Assembly: GCA_965653495.1 (NCBI GenBank)
Contig: CBFHAJ010000002.1
Location: 1 to 59,323, forward strand
Direction of reading: 5' to 3'
Length of the DNA stretch: 59,323 nucleotides
DNA from: an uncultured bacterium
Lineage (GTDB): Bacteria > Gemmatimonadota > Gemmatimonadetes > Gemmatimonadales > GWC2-71-9
Part shown: piece after piece, positions 1-8,332 of the stretch
Layout of the letters: every line of letters begins with the position of its first letter
Numbering within the stretch: position 1 is the first letter of the stretch
Made by a program: the position numbers and the translations under genes
The notes under the pieces: model-generated
What the model was told of the DNA's origin: nothing
What the model saw: only the letters and a program-made list of their open reading frames with translations
Databases searched by the model: none

Positions 1-513
1 GGCGACGCGCCGGCGTGGAGCGACGCCTTCCCGCACGGCGTCGGCGCCCAACGCGCCGGTCACGGGATCGAAGAAATGCTCCTCGGCGGCGAGCTGCGTC
101 AGCGCGGCGACCTCGCTCTCGGAGCAGTGGCGGCGCAGCTCGGCCAGCACAGGCTCGGGGAGGCCGCCGGCCTGCGCGGCATAGCAGGTCACGGCCTCGG
201 TGAACGCGAGCGCGGCGCGCTCGCGCGGTGAGAACAGCGGACTCGTCGCGTAGCGGCGCAGCGCCGCCAGCTCGGCCGGCGGCAAGAAGCGCTGCCGCCA
301 GTAGTGTCGTCCCTGCTCGACGCACCAGCGGCACCCCGACAACTCCGCCGCGAGCTGGCGCACGAGCAGCCGCAGCCGGGGCTCGAGCATCGCCCCGCCG
401 CTCCAGAGACGCACCCGCAGATACGCGGGCAACGCGCCCGGCCCCGGGAGCCGAGCCTCGGGCGCAGCGGTCACCGCGCGCCGTAGCGACTGCAGCAGGT
501 TCAGGAGTATCAT
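1..513 (-). CDS. Carboxymuconolactone decarboxylase (AhpD-like) family protein; the 3' end runs off the window
   Basis: My own minus-strand translation from the ATG at 513-511 gives MILLNLLQSLRRAVT...LSGCRWCVEQGRHYW...FSPRERAALAFTEAV.... It stays open to position 1 (171 codons, no stop), so it is absent from the ORF track. The CxxC core is CMD/AhpD-like. Confidence 0.55.
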   Translation of the reverse strand, partial: MILLNLLQSLRRAVTAAPEARLPGPGALPAYLRVRLWSGGAMLEPRLRLLVRQLAAELSGCRWCVEQGRHYWRQRFLPPAELAALRRYATSPLFSPRERAALAFTEAVTCYAAQAGGLPEPVLAELRRHCSESEVAALTQLAAEEHFFDPVTGALGADAVREGVAPRRRVA

Positions 514-518
514 CTTAC

Positions 519-534
519 TGATACAACTGTATCA
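519..534. promoter_or_regulatory. Perfect inverted repeat TGATACA-AC-TGTATCA in the divergent intergenic region
   Basis: This is a 16-bp palindrome in a locally AT-rich stretch between the CMD-family gene (start 513, minus) and the proline dehydrogenase gene (start 607, plus). It looks like an operator. Confidence 0.35.
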
Positions 535-606
535 TCTCGCGAGGCGCGACGCAACCTGCCGCGTCCCCTTCCCTCTGCGCGGTTCCCTTCGTTTCTTGGT
601 CTGCGC

Positions 607-1533
607 ATGTCCTTCGCCCGCCGTCTCCTGCTCCGCGCCTCGCGCAGCGCCTGGCTGGCCGGTGAGCTCAAGCGCCGCGCGTTTTTCCGTCGCGCGGTGC
701 GGCGCTTCATGCCCGGTGAAGACCGTGTCGCGGCACTCGACGCCGCCGCCGGCTTCGCGCCCGACGGCCTCCGCAGCGTGCTGACCCAGCTGGGCGAGCA
801 GGTGACGAGCCGCGCCGAGGCCGCGGCCGTCCGCGACCACTATCTCGAGACGCTCGACCTGATCCGCGCGCGCGCCCTTCCTACCGAGCTGTCGGTCAAG
901 CTCACGCATCTGGGTGTGGACCAGGACCGCGCCGCGTGCCAGCGCGACGTCCTGGCCCTGGCCACGCGCGCCCAGGAGACCGGCTCGTTCCTGTGGGTGG
1001 ACATGGAAGAGTCGCGCTACGTGGACGCGACGCTCGACCTGGTGCGCGCCGTGCGGGCGACCGGGGCACCGCTGGGGGTGTGCCTGCAGGCCTACTTGCG
1101 GCGCACTCCCGGCGACCTCGACGCGCTGCTGGCACGCCGCATCGGCATCCGGCTCGTGAAGGGGGCGTACAACGAGCCCGCGGCGGTGGCGCTGCCGCGC
1201 AAGCGCGACGTCGACGCGGCGTACCTCACGCTGGCTGCACGATTGCTCGAGCACGCCGCGGGCGATGGCGGCGCCCGGGCCGTGTTCGGCACCCATGACC
1301 TCGACCTGATCGAGGCGATCCGCCAGCGCGCCGTCACGCTCGGCGCGGCGTCGGGTGCATGGGAGATCCACATGCTGTACGGCATCCGGGCGGCGGCGCA
1401 GCGGGCGCTCGCCGGGCAAGGCTGCCGGGTGGGCGTGCTGATCAGCTATGGCAGCGCTTGGTTCCCCTGGTACATGCGGCGGCTCGCCGAACGGCCGGCA
1501 AATGTCTGGTTCGTGTTGAAGAACCTGGTATAG
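607..1533 (+). CDS. Proline dehydrogenase (monofunctional PRODH family)
   Basis: The 308-aa ORF contains SVKLTHLG, WVDMEES, CLQAYLRR, RLVKGAY and a C-terminal YGSAWFPWYMRRLAERPANVWF, typical of the PRODH TIM barrel. Confidence 0.85.
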   Translation: MSFARRLLLRASRSAWLAGELKRRAFFRRAVRRFMPGEDRVAALDAAAGFAPDGLRSVLTQLGEQVTSRAEAAAVRDHYLETLDLIRARALPTELSVKLTHLGVDQDRAACQRDVLALATRAQETGSFLWVDMEESRYVDATLDLVRAVRATGAPLGVCLQAYLRRTPGDLDALLARRIGIRLVKGAYNEPAAVALPRKRDVDAAYLTLAARLLEHAAGDGGARAVFGTHDLDLIEAIRQRAVTLGAASGAWEIHMLYGIRAAAQRALAGQGCRVGVLISYGSAWFPWYMRRLAERPANVWFVLKNLV

Positions 1534-1589
1534 CTCCCGGGGTCAGCAGACTTGAGCCGGCCCCTCCCGACCGCCACCTTTCCCATCCG

Positions 1590-2798
1590 ATGGCCACCCA
1601 TGTGCTGACTCCGGCCCCGGCCGAGCTGGACCGCTGGCGGCGCGACACCCCGGGGTGCCGGGACCGGATCCACCTGAACAACGCGGGCGCCGCGCTCATG
1701 CCGCGCCCGGTGCTCGATGCGCTCACAAGCCATCTCGAGCGCGAGGCCGCGATCGGCGGCTACGAGGCGGCCGACGAAGCCGAGCCCCGGGTGCGCGAAG
1801 CGTACGAGCTGGTGGCGCGGCTGGTGGGGGCCACGCCCCGCAATATCGCGCTGGTCGAGAACGCGACGGTCGCTTTCTCGCAAGCGCTCTCGGCGTTCGA
1901 TTTCCACGCCGGCGATCGCATCGTGACGAGCCGCACCGATTATCCGTCCAATCAGCTGACGTACCTCTCGCTGGCCCGGCGCATGGGTGTCGAGACGGTG
2001 CGCGCGGAGGACCTCCCCGAGGGAGGGGTCGATCCCGAGAGCGTGCGGCGGCTGGCGGCCGACCCGCGCACCCGCGTCGTGGCGCTGACGTGGGTCCCGA
2101 CCAACTCCGGCCTGGTGCAGGACGTGCACACCGTGGGCGCGATCTGCGCCGAACTCAACATCCCCTATCTGGTCGACGCGTGTCAGAGCGTCGGGCAGCT
2201 GCCGGTCGACGTCGGGGCCGTGCGCTGCGATTTCCTGGCGGGGACAGGCCGTAAGTTCTTGCGGGGCCCGCGCGGGATTGGCTTCCTGTATGTCTCCGAT
2301 CGCATGCTCGAGCGGGGTGCGTTTCCACTGTTCGTCGACATGCGCGGGGCCGACTGGACCGATCCGAACGCTTTCCGTCTGGCTGACGGTGCGCGCCGGT
2401 TCGAGAACTGGGAGTTCGCCTACGCGCTGGTGCTCGGGCTCGCCGAGGCGGCGCGCTATACGCTCGCGGTGGGTCCCGCGGGGCCGGAGCGGGCCCAACG
2501 TCTCGCCGCGGCGCTGCGCGAGCTGCTGAGCGGCATTCCCGGCGTCCGCGTACTCGACCGCGGGCGGGAGCGTTGCGCCATCGTGACGCTCGACGTCCGC
2601 GGCCGGGACGCCACCCAGCTCGAGCTCGAGCTGCGCACGCGCGGCGTGAACACCAGCTCCCAGACACGCACGTCGGGCGTGCTCGACATGGACGACAAGC
2701 ACGCCACGTCCGTTCTGCGCATGTCGCCGCATTACTACAACACGGAGGACGAGCTCGACGCGGCCGTCGCGACACTGGTGGAGCTGCTCCGCGGATGA
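1590..2798 (+). CDS. Aminotransferase class V (cysteine desulfurase / isopenicillin-N epimerase-like) PLP enzyme
   Basis: I trimmed the track ORF 1359..2798 to the ATG at 1590 (MATHVLTP). Motifs seen: [25 protein letters not shown], and [18 protein letters not shown] carrying the PLP lysine. Confidence 0.8.
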   Translation: MATHVLTPAPAELDRWRRDTPGCRDRIHLNNAGAALMPRPVLDALTSHLEREAAIGGYEAADEAEPRVREAYELVARLVGATPRNIALVENATVAFSQALSAFDFHAGDRIVTSRTDYPSNQLTYLSLARRMGVETVRAEDLPEGGVDPESVRRLAADPRTRVVALTWVPTNSGLVQDVHTVGAICAELNIPYLVDACQSVGQLPVDVGAVRCDFLAGTGRKFLRGPRGIGFLYVSDRMLERGAFPLFVDMRGADWTDPNAFRLADGARRFENWEFAYALVLGLAEAARYTLAVGPAGPERAQRLAAALRELLSGIPGVRVLDRGRERCAIVTLDVRGRDATQLELELRTRGVNTSSQTRTSGVLDMDDKHATSVLRMSPHYYNTEDELDAAVATLVELLRG

Positions 2799-3055
2799 GC
2801 ATCGCCCGACCAGGCAAGATCGTCGCGGTCGGCCGCAACTACAGAAGAGCGACGGGGCCGGGCCCGCGACATGGTGTCTCGATTGTCGCGCTCGTGTCGG
2901 TCGTATCGCAGGTGATGACCCTCGAGCCCGGGGACCTGATTGCGACTGGCACGCCCGCCGGCGTGGGTCCCCTGCATCCTGGAGATGTGGTGGAGGTAGA
3001 GATCCCGGGCGTCGGCGTGCTGCGCAACCCGGTGGTCGCGGAGCAACGGCGATGA
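2795..3055 (+). pseudogene. Fumarylacetoacetate hydrolase (FAH) family remnant with an in-frame internal deletion (86 aa)
   Basis: ATGA overlap with the upstream stop. The N-terminal [11 protein letters not shown] joins almost directly to the FAH C-terminal end [43 protein letters not shown]. About 150 aa of catalytic core is missing. Confidence 0.55.
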
Positions 3056-3576
3056 TCCGATCGCTCGGGATCGCCCTGCTCGCCGTGGGTGCGGGCGGTG
3101 CTGCGACCCGGCTGGGGGCGCAGGTGCGGTTCAGTCAGCCCGCGACGCTGTCCCAGATGATCGGCACGACCAAGGTCACCATCGTCTACAACCGGCCGGA
3201 CGCGCGCGGCCGCAAACTGTTCGGCGCGCTGGTCCCGTGGGGCAAGGTATGGTGTCCGGGGGCGGACGAGGCCACCAACATCACGTTCGACAAGGACGTG
3301 ATGGTGGCAGGGCAGCCGCTCGCGGCCGGGAAGTACAGCGTGTGGGCGATCCCCGACAGCGTCCAGTGGACGCTGATCTTCAGTAAGGCCGCCGCCGTGT
3401 TCCACATCCCGTATCCCGGCGCCGAGCACGACGCGCTGCGGATCACGCTTAGCCCCGAGCCGGGGCCTTACGTCGAAACGCTCGCGTTCTACTTTCCGGT
3501 TGCGACCGCCGACCACGCGGTCCTGAACCTGCACTGGGGCGAGACCATCGTACCCATTCCCATCACGCCGAAGTAG
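3052..3576 (+). CDS. DUF2911 domain-containing secreted protein
   Basis: Signal peptide [55 protein letters not shown] and [10 protein letters not shown]...WTLIFSK match the DUF2911 pattern as I remember it. ATGA overlap with the upstream ORF. Confidence 0.7.
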   Translation: MIRSLGIALLAVGAGGAATRLGAQVRFSQPATLSQMIGTTKVTIVYNRPDARGRKLFGALVPWGKVWCPGADEATNITFDKDVMVAGQPLAAGKYSVWAIPDSVQWTLIFSKAAAVFHIPYPGAEHDALRITLSPEPGPYVETLAFYFPVATADHAVLNLHWGETIVPIPITPK

Positions 3577-3580
3577 CGCG

Positions 3581-3700
3581 CTACTCCCGCACGCGCCGCC
3601 GCTGCTCCAGCCAGTCCTTGACCGCAAAGCCGAGCGAGGCGCCGAGCCCGGCGCTCGCGACACCCAGCAAGAGTTTTCCCGTTGCGACCAGCACAGCCAT
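3581..3700 (-). CDS. Possible 39-aa small membrane protein
   Basis: My own translation is MAVLVATGKLLLGVASAGLGASLGFAVKDWLEQRRRVRE. AAGGAGG lies 9 nt upstream of the ATG. The ORF is below the size cut-off of the ORF track. Confidence 0.3.
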   Translation of the reverse strand: MAVLVATGKLLLGVASAGLGASLGFAVKDWLEQRRRVRE

Positions 3701-3925
3701 TGCGTCAGCTCCTCCTTGAACGACGACGCCCCCGCGCTCGATTCGTGAAGCGCAGGGGCGTTGGTCTCACCCAGGTCGACAGCTGCTACGCCTTACATCC
3801 CACGCATCCGGTCACGGTGTGCAAGCGACAGGCCATGGCGACAACAACACAGCGTGCAGTTTCGCGTCATGCGGCGAACCCTAACCAGGCCGCGCGGTTC
3901 GCGTCAACGACCCATCCAGGTGACA

Positions 3926-4828
3926 TCAATCCTGGTGGGCCTTCCAGGCGCGGTAATACGCCTCCACTTCGTGCAGAAATCCCAGATGGCGCGGCTGCCA
4001 CCCCAGCGAGCGGGTGGCCTTGCGGGCATCGACCAACTGGCTCAGGGCGAGCGCATCGGCGAAGTCGCCCATCGTCTTGCGCGCCTCCGTGAGCGGTGTC
4101 GGGCGGAGCTCCCCCTCGAAGCCCGCCGCGCGCGCTGCAGCGGTCGCGAGCTCCAGCATGGTCGACGAGGACTGGTCGTTGAGGTTGAAGATCTCGCCCG
4201 CCAGCTCGCTCTCGGCGGCCCGGACGTACGCGTCCGCGAGGTCGTCGACATGCACCATGGGCACGCGATTGTGGCCGTCGCCCACCACGGTCGGCTGTTT
4301 TCCCGCTGTCGGACCCGCGAACCACATGCCGGTCAGACCGCCCGAGCCACCGTACACGTCTCCCGGCCGGATCACCATCCCGCGCGCGCCGGTCGCTTTC
4401 AGCACCAGCTGCTCGTGCGCCGGGCGCCACGCGACGAGCTTGGGAGGCCGGGGGGGCGTGGTCTCGTCCACCACGCGGCCGCCGGTGTCGCCGTACACCC
4501 AGTCGCCGCTCGTGAAGATGATCGTCTTGGGTTGCGTGCCGCGGCGCGCGGCGGCGAGCAGCGTCTCGAGCGCGGTCCGGTCTTTCGCGACGCCATCGGC
4601 CGAATAGTCGAACGCGGTGTGAATGAGCACCGCGCAGTCGGCGGCAACGTCGGCGTAACTCTTGGGATCGGCGAGGTCGCCCGTGACCGGCGCGATCTCG
4701 GCCTGGGCGAGGCGGCGCGCCTTCGCCTCACTGCGCGCCAGGCCGCGGACGCGGTGCCCTGCGCGCCGTAGCGCGGTTGCAACGGCGAAGCCGATGTAGC
4801 CAGTAGCACCGGTGACGAAGACGTCCAT
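3926..4828 (-). CDS. NAD-dependent epimerase/dehydratase family (extended SDR) protein
   Basis: N-terminal MDVFVTGATGYIGFAV Rossmann motif; 300 aa. Confidence 0.8.
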   Translation of the reverse strand: MDVFVTGATGYIGFAVATALRRAGHRVRGLARSEAKARRLAQAEIAPVTGDLADPKSYADVAADCAVLIHTAFDYSADGVAKDRTALETLLAAARRGTQPKTIIFTSGDWVYGDTGGRVVDETTPPRPPKLVAWRPAHEQLVLKATGARGMVIRPGDVYGGSGGLTGMWFAGPTAGKQPTVVGDGHNRVPMVHVDDLADAYVRAAESELAGEIFNLNDQSSSTMLELATAAARAAGFEGELRPTPLTEARKTMGDFADALALSQLVDARKATRSLGWQPRHLGFLHEVEAYYRAWKAHQD

Positions 4829-4913
4829 GAGCGTGGCCTCCGATCGTGTGATGACGTCGCCGTGCGGGGAACGGTGGGACGCGAGTCGAGGTTCCCACGA
4901 TTACTGTTCACCC

Positions 4914-6410
4914 ATGCCGGCCAAGCCCGCGCGCCTCTCCAAGTCCCGCTACTTGAACGGGCTGCAGTGCCACAAGCAGCTGTGGTGGCGTGTGCACGAC
5001 CCCGAGGCGCCCGAGCTCTCACCCACCCCGGGCCAGCAGAACCTGTTCGCTCAAGGGAGAGAAGTGGGCGAGCGGGCGCGGGACTACGTGGTGGGCGGCA
5101 AACTGATCGACCTCCCGTTCTATCAGTACGACAACAAGGTAGCCGCTACGCGCGCAGCGCTGGGCGCGAGCCCCGTGCCCGCCCTGTACGAAGCGTGGTT
5201 CCTGGCCGACGAGACCTACGTCGGCGTGGACATCCTGGAGCGCACTGCGCGCGGCTACGGAGTGATCGAGGTCAAGGCGTCCACCAGCCGCAAGCCCGAG
5301 CACCTTCCGGACGCTGCGGTCCAGGTGCATGTGCTGCGCCGCGCCGGCCTCCCCGTGGAGCGCGCCGAGGTGATGCACCTGAACCCGGAGTGCCGCTATC
5401 CCGACCTCTCGAACCTGTTCGTGCGGGAGGACGTGACGCCGTTGGTCGAAGCCGCGCTCCTCGGCGTGGGGGATGAGCTCGCGGCGCAGCTCGCCATGCT
5501 CGCGGGGCCGCTCCCGGACGTCCCAATCGGAGAACACTGCACCAGACCGTACGACTGTCCGTTCATCAAGCGCTGCTGGCCCCAGGTGCCCGATCACCAC
5601 GTGAGCAGCCTGTATCGCATCGACCGGCGGCGCGCGGCCGAGCTCGAGGCCGACGGCTTCGCCACGATCTACGACTTGCCCTCCGATCTGGAGCTGTCGG
5701 TGATCCACGCGCGCCAGGTCAGGGCGGTGCAGTCGGCGACGATGGTGGTTGAGCCGACGCTCAAAGGGGCGTTGGCCCAGTTCGCGTCGCCGCTCGCGTT
5801 TCTCGACTTCGAGACGGTGAGCCTGGCGATCCCGCGTTGGCCAGGATGCCGTCCCTGGCAGCAGGTACCGGTGCAGTTCAGTGTGCACGTGGAGGAGCGG
5901 GGGCGGGGTCTGGTGCACCATCACTGGATCGCGGACGGGCCGGAGGATCCACGGCCGGCGCTCGCCGAGGCGCTGGTGGCGGCGTGCGCAGGAGCGCGCA
6001 GGGTCGTGGCGTACTACGCGAGCTTCGAGCGGGAATGTCTCAAGCAGCTGCGGGAGGTCGTGCCAGCGCTCGCCAAAGATCTCGAGCGAATCGAGAAACG
6101 TCTCGTCGATCTGTTACCGACCGTGCGAAATCACGTGTATCACCCGGACTTTGGTGGCGGGTTCAGCATCAAGAAGACGCTGCCCGCGCTGGTGCCGGGG
6201 CTGTCCTACTCGGACCTGAAGGTGCGGGACGGCGAGGTCGCGACGGTGGAGCTGCAGCGGTTGATGCTGCATGGCGGCGACCTGCCAGCGGGCGAGCGCG
6301 CGGTGCTCAAGGAGGCGCTGCTGCGCTACTGCGAGCGGGACACCTGGGCCATGGTGAAGCTGCTCGAAAAACTGCGGAGCCTCGTAGCAGACCAGCTGGA
6401 GCTGTTTTAG
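4914..6410 (+). CDS. DUF2779-type protein: Cas4/RecB-like PD-(D/E)XK nuclease fused to a DnaQ-like 3'-5' exonuclease
   Basis: Trimmed to the ATG at 4914 (MPAKPARLSKSRYLNGLQCHKQLWW). Motifs seen: GVDILE...GVIEVKAS nuclease core, Cys cluster CTRPYDCPFIKRC, FLDFET and YCERDTWAM exonuclease motifs. Confidence 0.7.
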   Translation: MPAKPARLSKSRYLNGLQCHKQLWWRVHDPEAPELSPTPGQQNLFAQGREVGERARDYVVGGKLIDLPFYQYDNKVAATRAALGASPVPALYEAWFLADETYVGVDILERTARGYGVIEVKASTSRKPEHLPDAAVQVHVLRRAGLPVERAEVMHLNPECRYPDLSNLFVREDVTPLVEAALLGVGDELAAQLAMLAGPLPDVPIGEHCTRPYDCPFIKRCWPQVPDHHVSSLYRIDRRRAAELEADGFATIYDLPSDLELSVIHARQVRAVQSATMVVEPTLKGALAQFASPLAFLDFETVSLAIPRWPGCRPWQQVPVQFSVHVEERGRGLVHHHWIADGPEDPRPALAEALVAACAGARRVVAYYASFERECLKQLREVVPALAKDLERIEKRLVDLLPTVRNHVYHPDFGGGFSIKKTLPALVPGLSYSDLKVRDGEVATVELQRLMLHGGDLPAGERAVLKEALLRYCERDTWAMVKLLEKLRSLVADQLELF

Positions 6411-8332
6411 GGAGCGGCCAGCTCGATCCGCGCTTCGCCCAGCGACACCGGCCAGCGCGGCGTGAGCGACGTCCCCTGCACCGTCTCGTCCAGCCCGCGC
6501 TCCGACTTGGAGACCGTGGCGATCAGGAACGTCCAGGTCTCCGTCCGGGGCGTGCAGGTCGGCTGGAGGCCGTGCGCCAGGGACAGCTCCGGCGCGACCA
6601 CCGCGCCCGCCGGCCAGCCCTGCGGATCCCAGCGATACGTCACGCTCAGCGCCCCGCGCGCGTCGAACCGCATGCCCTTCTCGAGGCCGTTCGCCCGGAG
6701 GACGAGCTCTGCTGCATCGCCAGACTCGCGTACGTCGCACGCCATGGGCACGCCGGCCCACGACGCGAGCGGCTCGTATTCGCCGCGCGCGTAGGCGTCC
6801 GCCCCCAAGCCGACCGGAAGCACCCGATCCACGAACAGCGCGCGCGGCTCACGATCGACCGGCGGCAGCCGCTCGAGCCGCAGCCCCTTCTCGATATCAT
6901 GAATGCTCGGCGCGCCGTCGCCGGCCTTGGCAGCGCCGGCCTCTTCGACTGGCCGCTCGTGGTAGGCCTCGCGGCGGCGCGTGAGCACGTCCGCGTAGTT
7001 GACCCCGGTGCGGAACACGGAATACTCCTCGATCACCCCGCCGCGACGCGGGCTCACGAGCGCCGTAAACTCGGCTGAGTGAATCCACAGCTCCTCGAAG
7101 CCGTCGCCGTCCAGATCGAGTCGCTCGACTTGCAGCGGCTCGCCGCGGCGCAGCCCGGCCTCAGCGAGGACGAGGTTGTGCCACACCGCGTGCCGCAAAT
7201 GCGGCAGGTAGAGCCCGCCGAACACGCCATGCCAGTATGCGTCGTTGCACTGGGCGCGGGCCACCGCCCGTCGCGGCCCATCGGGGTCGCCGCGCGTCCG
7301 GCAGAGGGTGGACAGCGCCAGCATTTTCTTGTGCATCCGGTTCGCTTCGGGATAGCGCATGAGGAAGGTGCGCCAGTGGGCTCCCCGCACCAGCGCGCCG
7401 TCGGGGCCGGCGATGCGCGCGGCGCCCAAGTCTCGCTCCAGCCGGGCGAGCCGCGTCTGCGCCTCCGGCGGGAGCGCCCACGTCTCCATTTCCCGATACG
7501 AGGCGGTAGGCAAGTAGGCGATTCCGCCGCTCGGCACGGCGTCCAGGGCGGCGGCGAGCGTGCTGAGCGTCACTTCCCCTCCCGCGAGCACCTTCCCCAT
7601 CGCGTCGAAAAACTGCTTCAGCCAGCCGCGCTCGTACACCCACTCCTTGGTCCCAGGCCAGCCTCCGAATTTTTCCCCGTCATCCGCTAACACGGCGAGG
7701 GGCGCGCCGCGCTGCCGCAGCTCGCGCAGGTACGCCACCGTGTCGGCCGGCGGCTGGAACGGGATCAGGTAGCGCAGCCGCTCGTCGATCGGGAACAGCG
7801 CGACCCGCGCACCGTTGCTCTCGGTCCAGAACGGCGCGTGCAGCCGCTCGCGCGCGATGCCGCTGACCAGAAAGTGGCGATCGTCGACGAGGGCGTAGCG
7901 AACGCCCGCCCGCGCCAGGTCCGCCGCCAGATCGGGCTCCCACACGCGCTCGGTGAGCCAGAGGCCGCTCGCCTCGACTCCGAACCGGCCACGGATCGCC
8001 TCCCGCATGCGCTCGATCTGCTCCAGCCGGTCGAGGCGCGGCAGCGACGCGAGGATCGGCTCGTAGAACCCCGCGAGCAGGAGCTCGAGGCGGCCCTCGC
8101 TCGCCAGCCGACCGATCAAGTCGACCAGGGGCGCGGCATGCGCTTCGAGCCACTCGAGCAGCGACCCCGACACATGGACCGCGATGGGAAAGAACTCCCG
8201 CTCGACCAGCCGCTCGAGGAACGGGCGGTAGACATCGCGCACGTGCTGCTCGAACACGTGGTCGAAGTTCCCTACCGGCTGGTGGAAGTGGACCCCGAAG
8301 GAGAAGCGGAGCGGAGGGGTAGATGAGGGCAG
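6407..8332 (-). CDS. GH57 alpha-amylase/4-alpha-glucanotransferase-type protein (DUF1925/DUF1926 architecture); start codon unresolved
   Basis: The track ORF starts at GTG 8257 (MFEQHV...). The conserved GH57 N-terminus FSFGVHFHQPVGNFDH lies upstream, in frame, between the TAG at 8335-8333 and 8257. The only plausible start is CTG 8332-8330, which has AAGGAGGAGG 8 nt upstream. Confidence 0.75.
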   Translation of the reverse strand: MPSSTPPLRFSFGVHFHQPVGNFDHVFEQHVRDVYRPFLERLVEREFFPIAVHVSGSLLEWLEAHAAPLVDLIGRLASEGRLELLLAGFYEPILASLPRLDRLEQIERMREAIRGRFGVEASGLWLTERVWEPDLAADLARAGVRYALVDDRHFLVSGIARERLHAPFWTESNGARVALFPIDERLRYLIPFQPPADTVAYLRELRQRGAPLAVLADDGEKFGGWPGTKEWVYERGWLKQFFDAMGKVLAGGEVTLSTLAAALDAVPSGGIAYLPTASYREMETWALPPEAQTRLARLERDLGAARIAGPDGALVRGAHWRTFLMRYPEANRMHKKMLALSTLCRTRGDPDGPRRAVARAQCNDAYWHGVFGGLYLPHLRHAVWHNLVLAEAGLRRGEPLQVERLDLDGDGFEELWIHSAEFTALVSPRRGGVIEEYSVFRTGVNYADVLTRRREAYHERPVEEAGAAKAGDGAPSIHDIEKGLRLERLPPVDREPRALFVDRVLPVGLGADAYARGEYEPLASWAGVPMACDVRESGDAAELVLRANGLEKGMRFDARGALSVTYRWDPQGWPAGAVVAPELSLAHGLQPTCTPRTETWTFLIATVSKSERGLDETVQGTSLTPRWPVSLGEARIELAAP

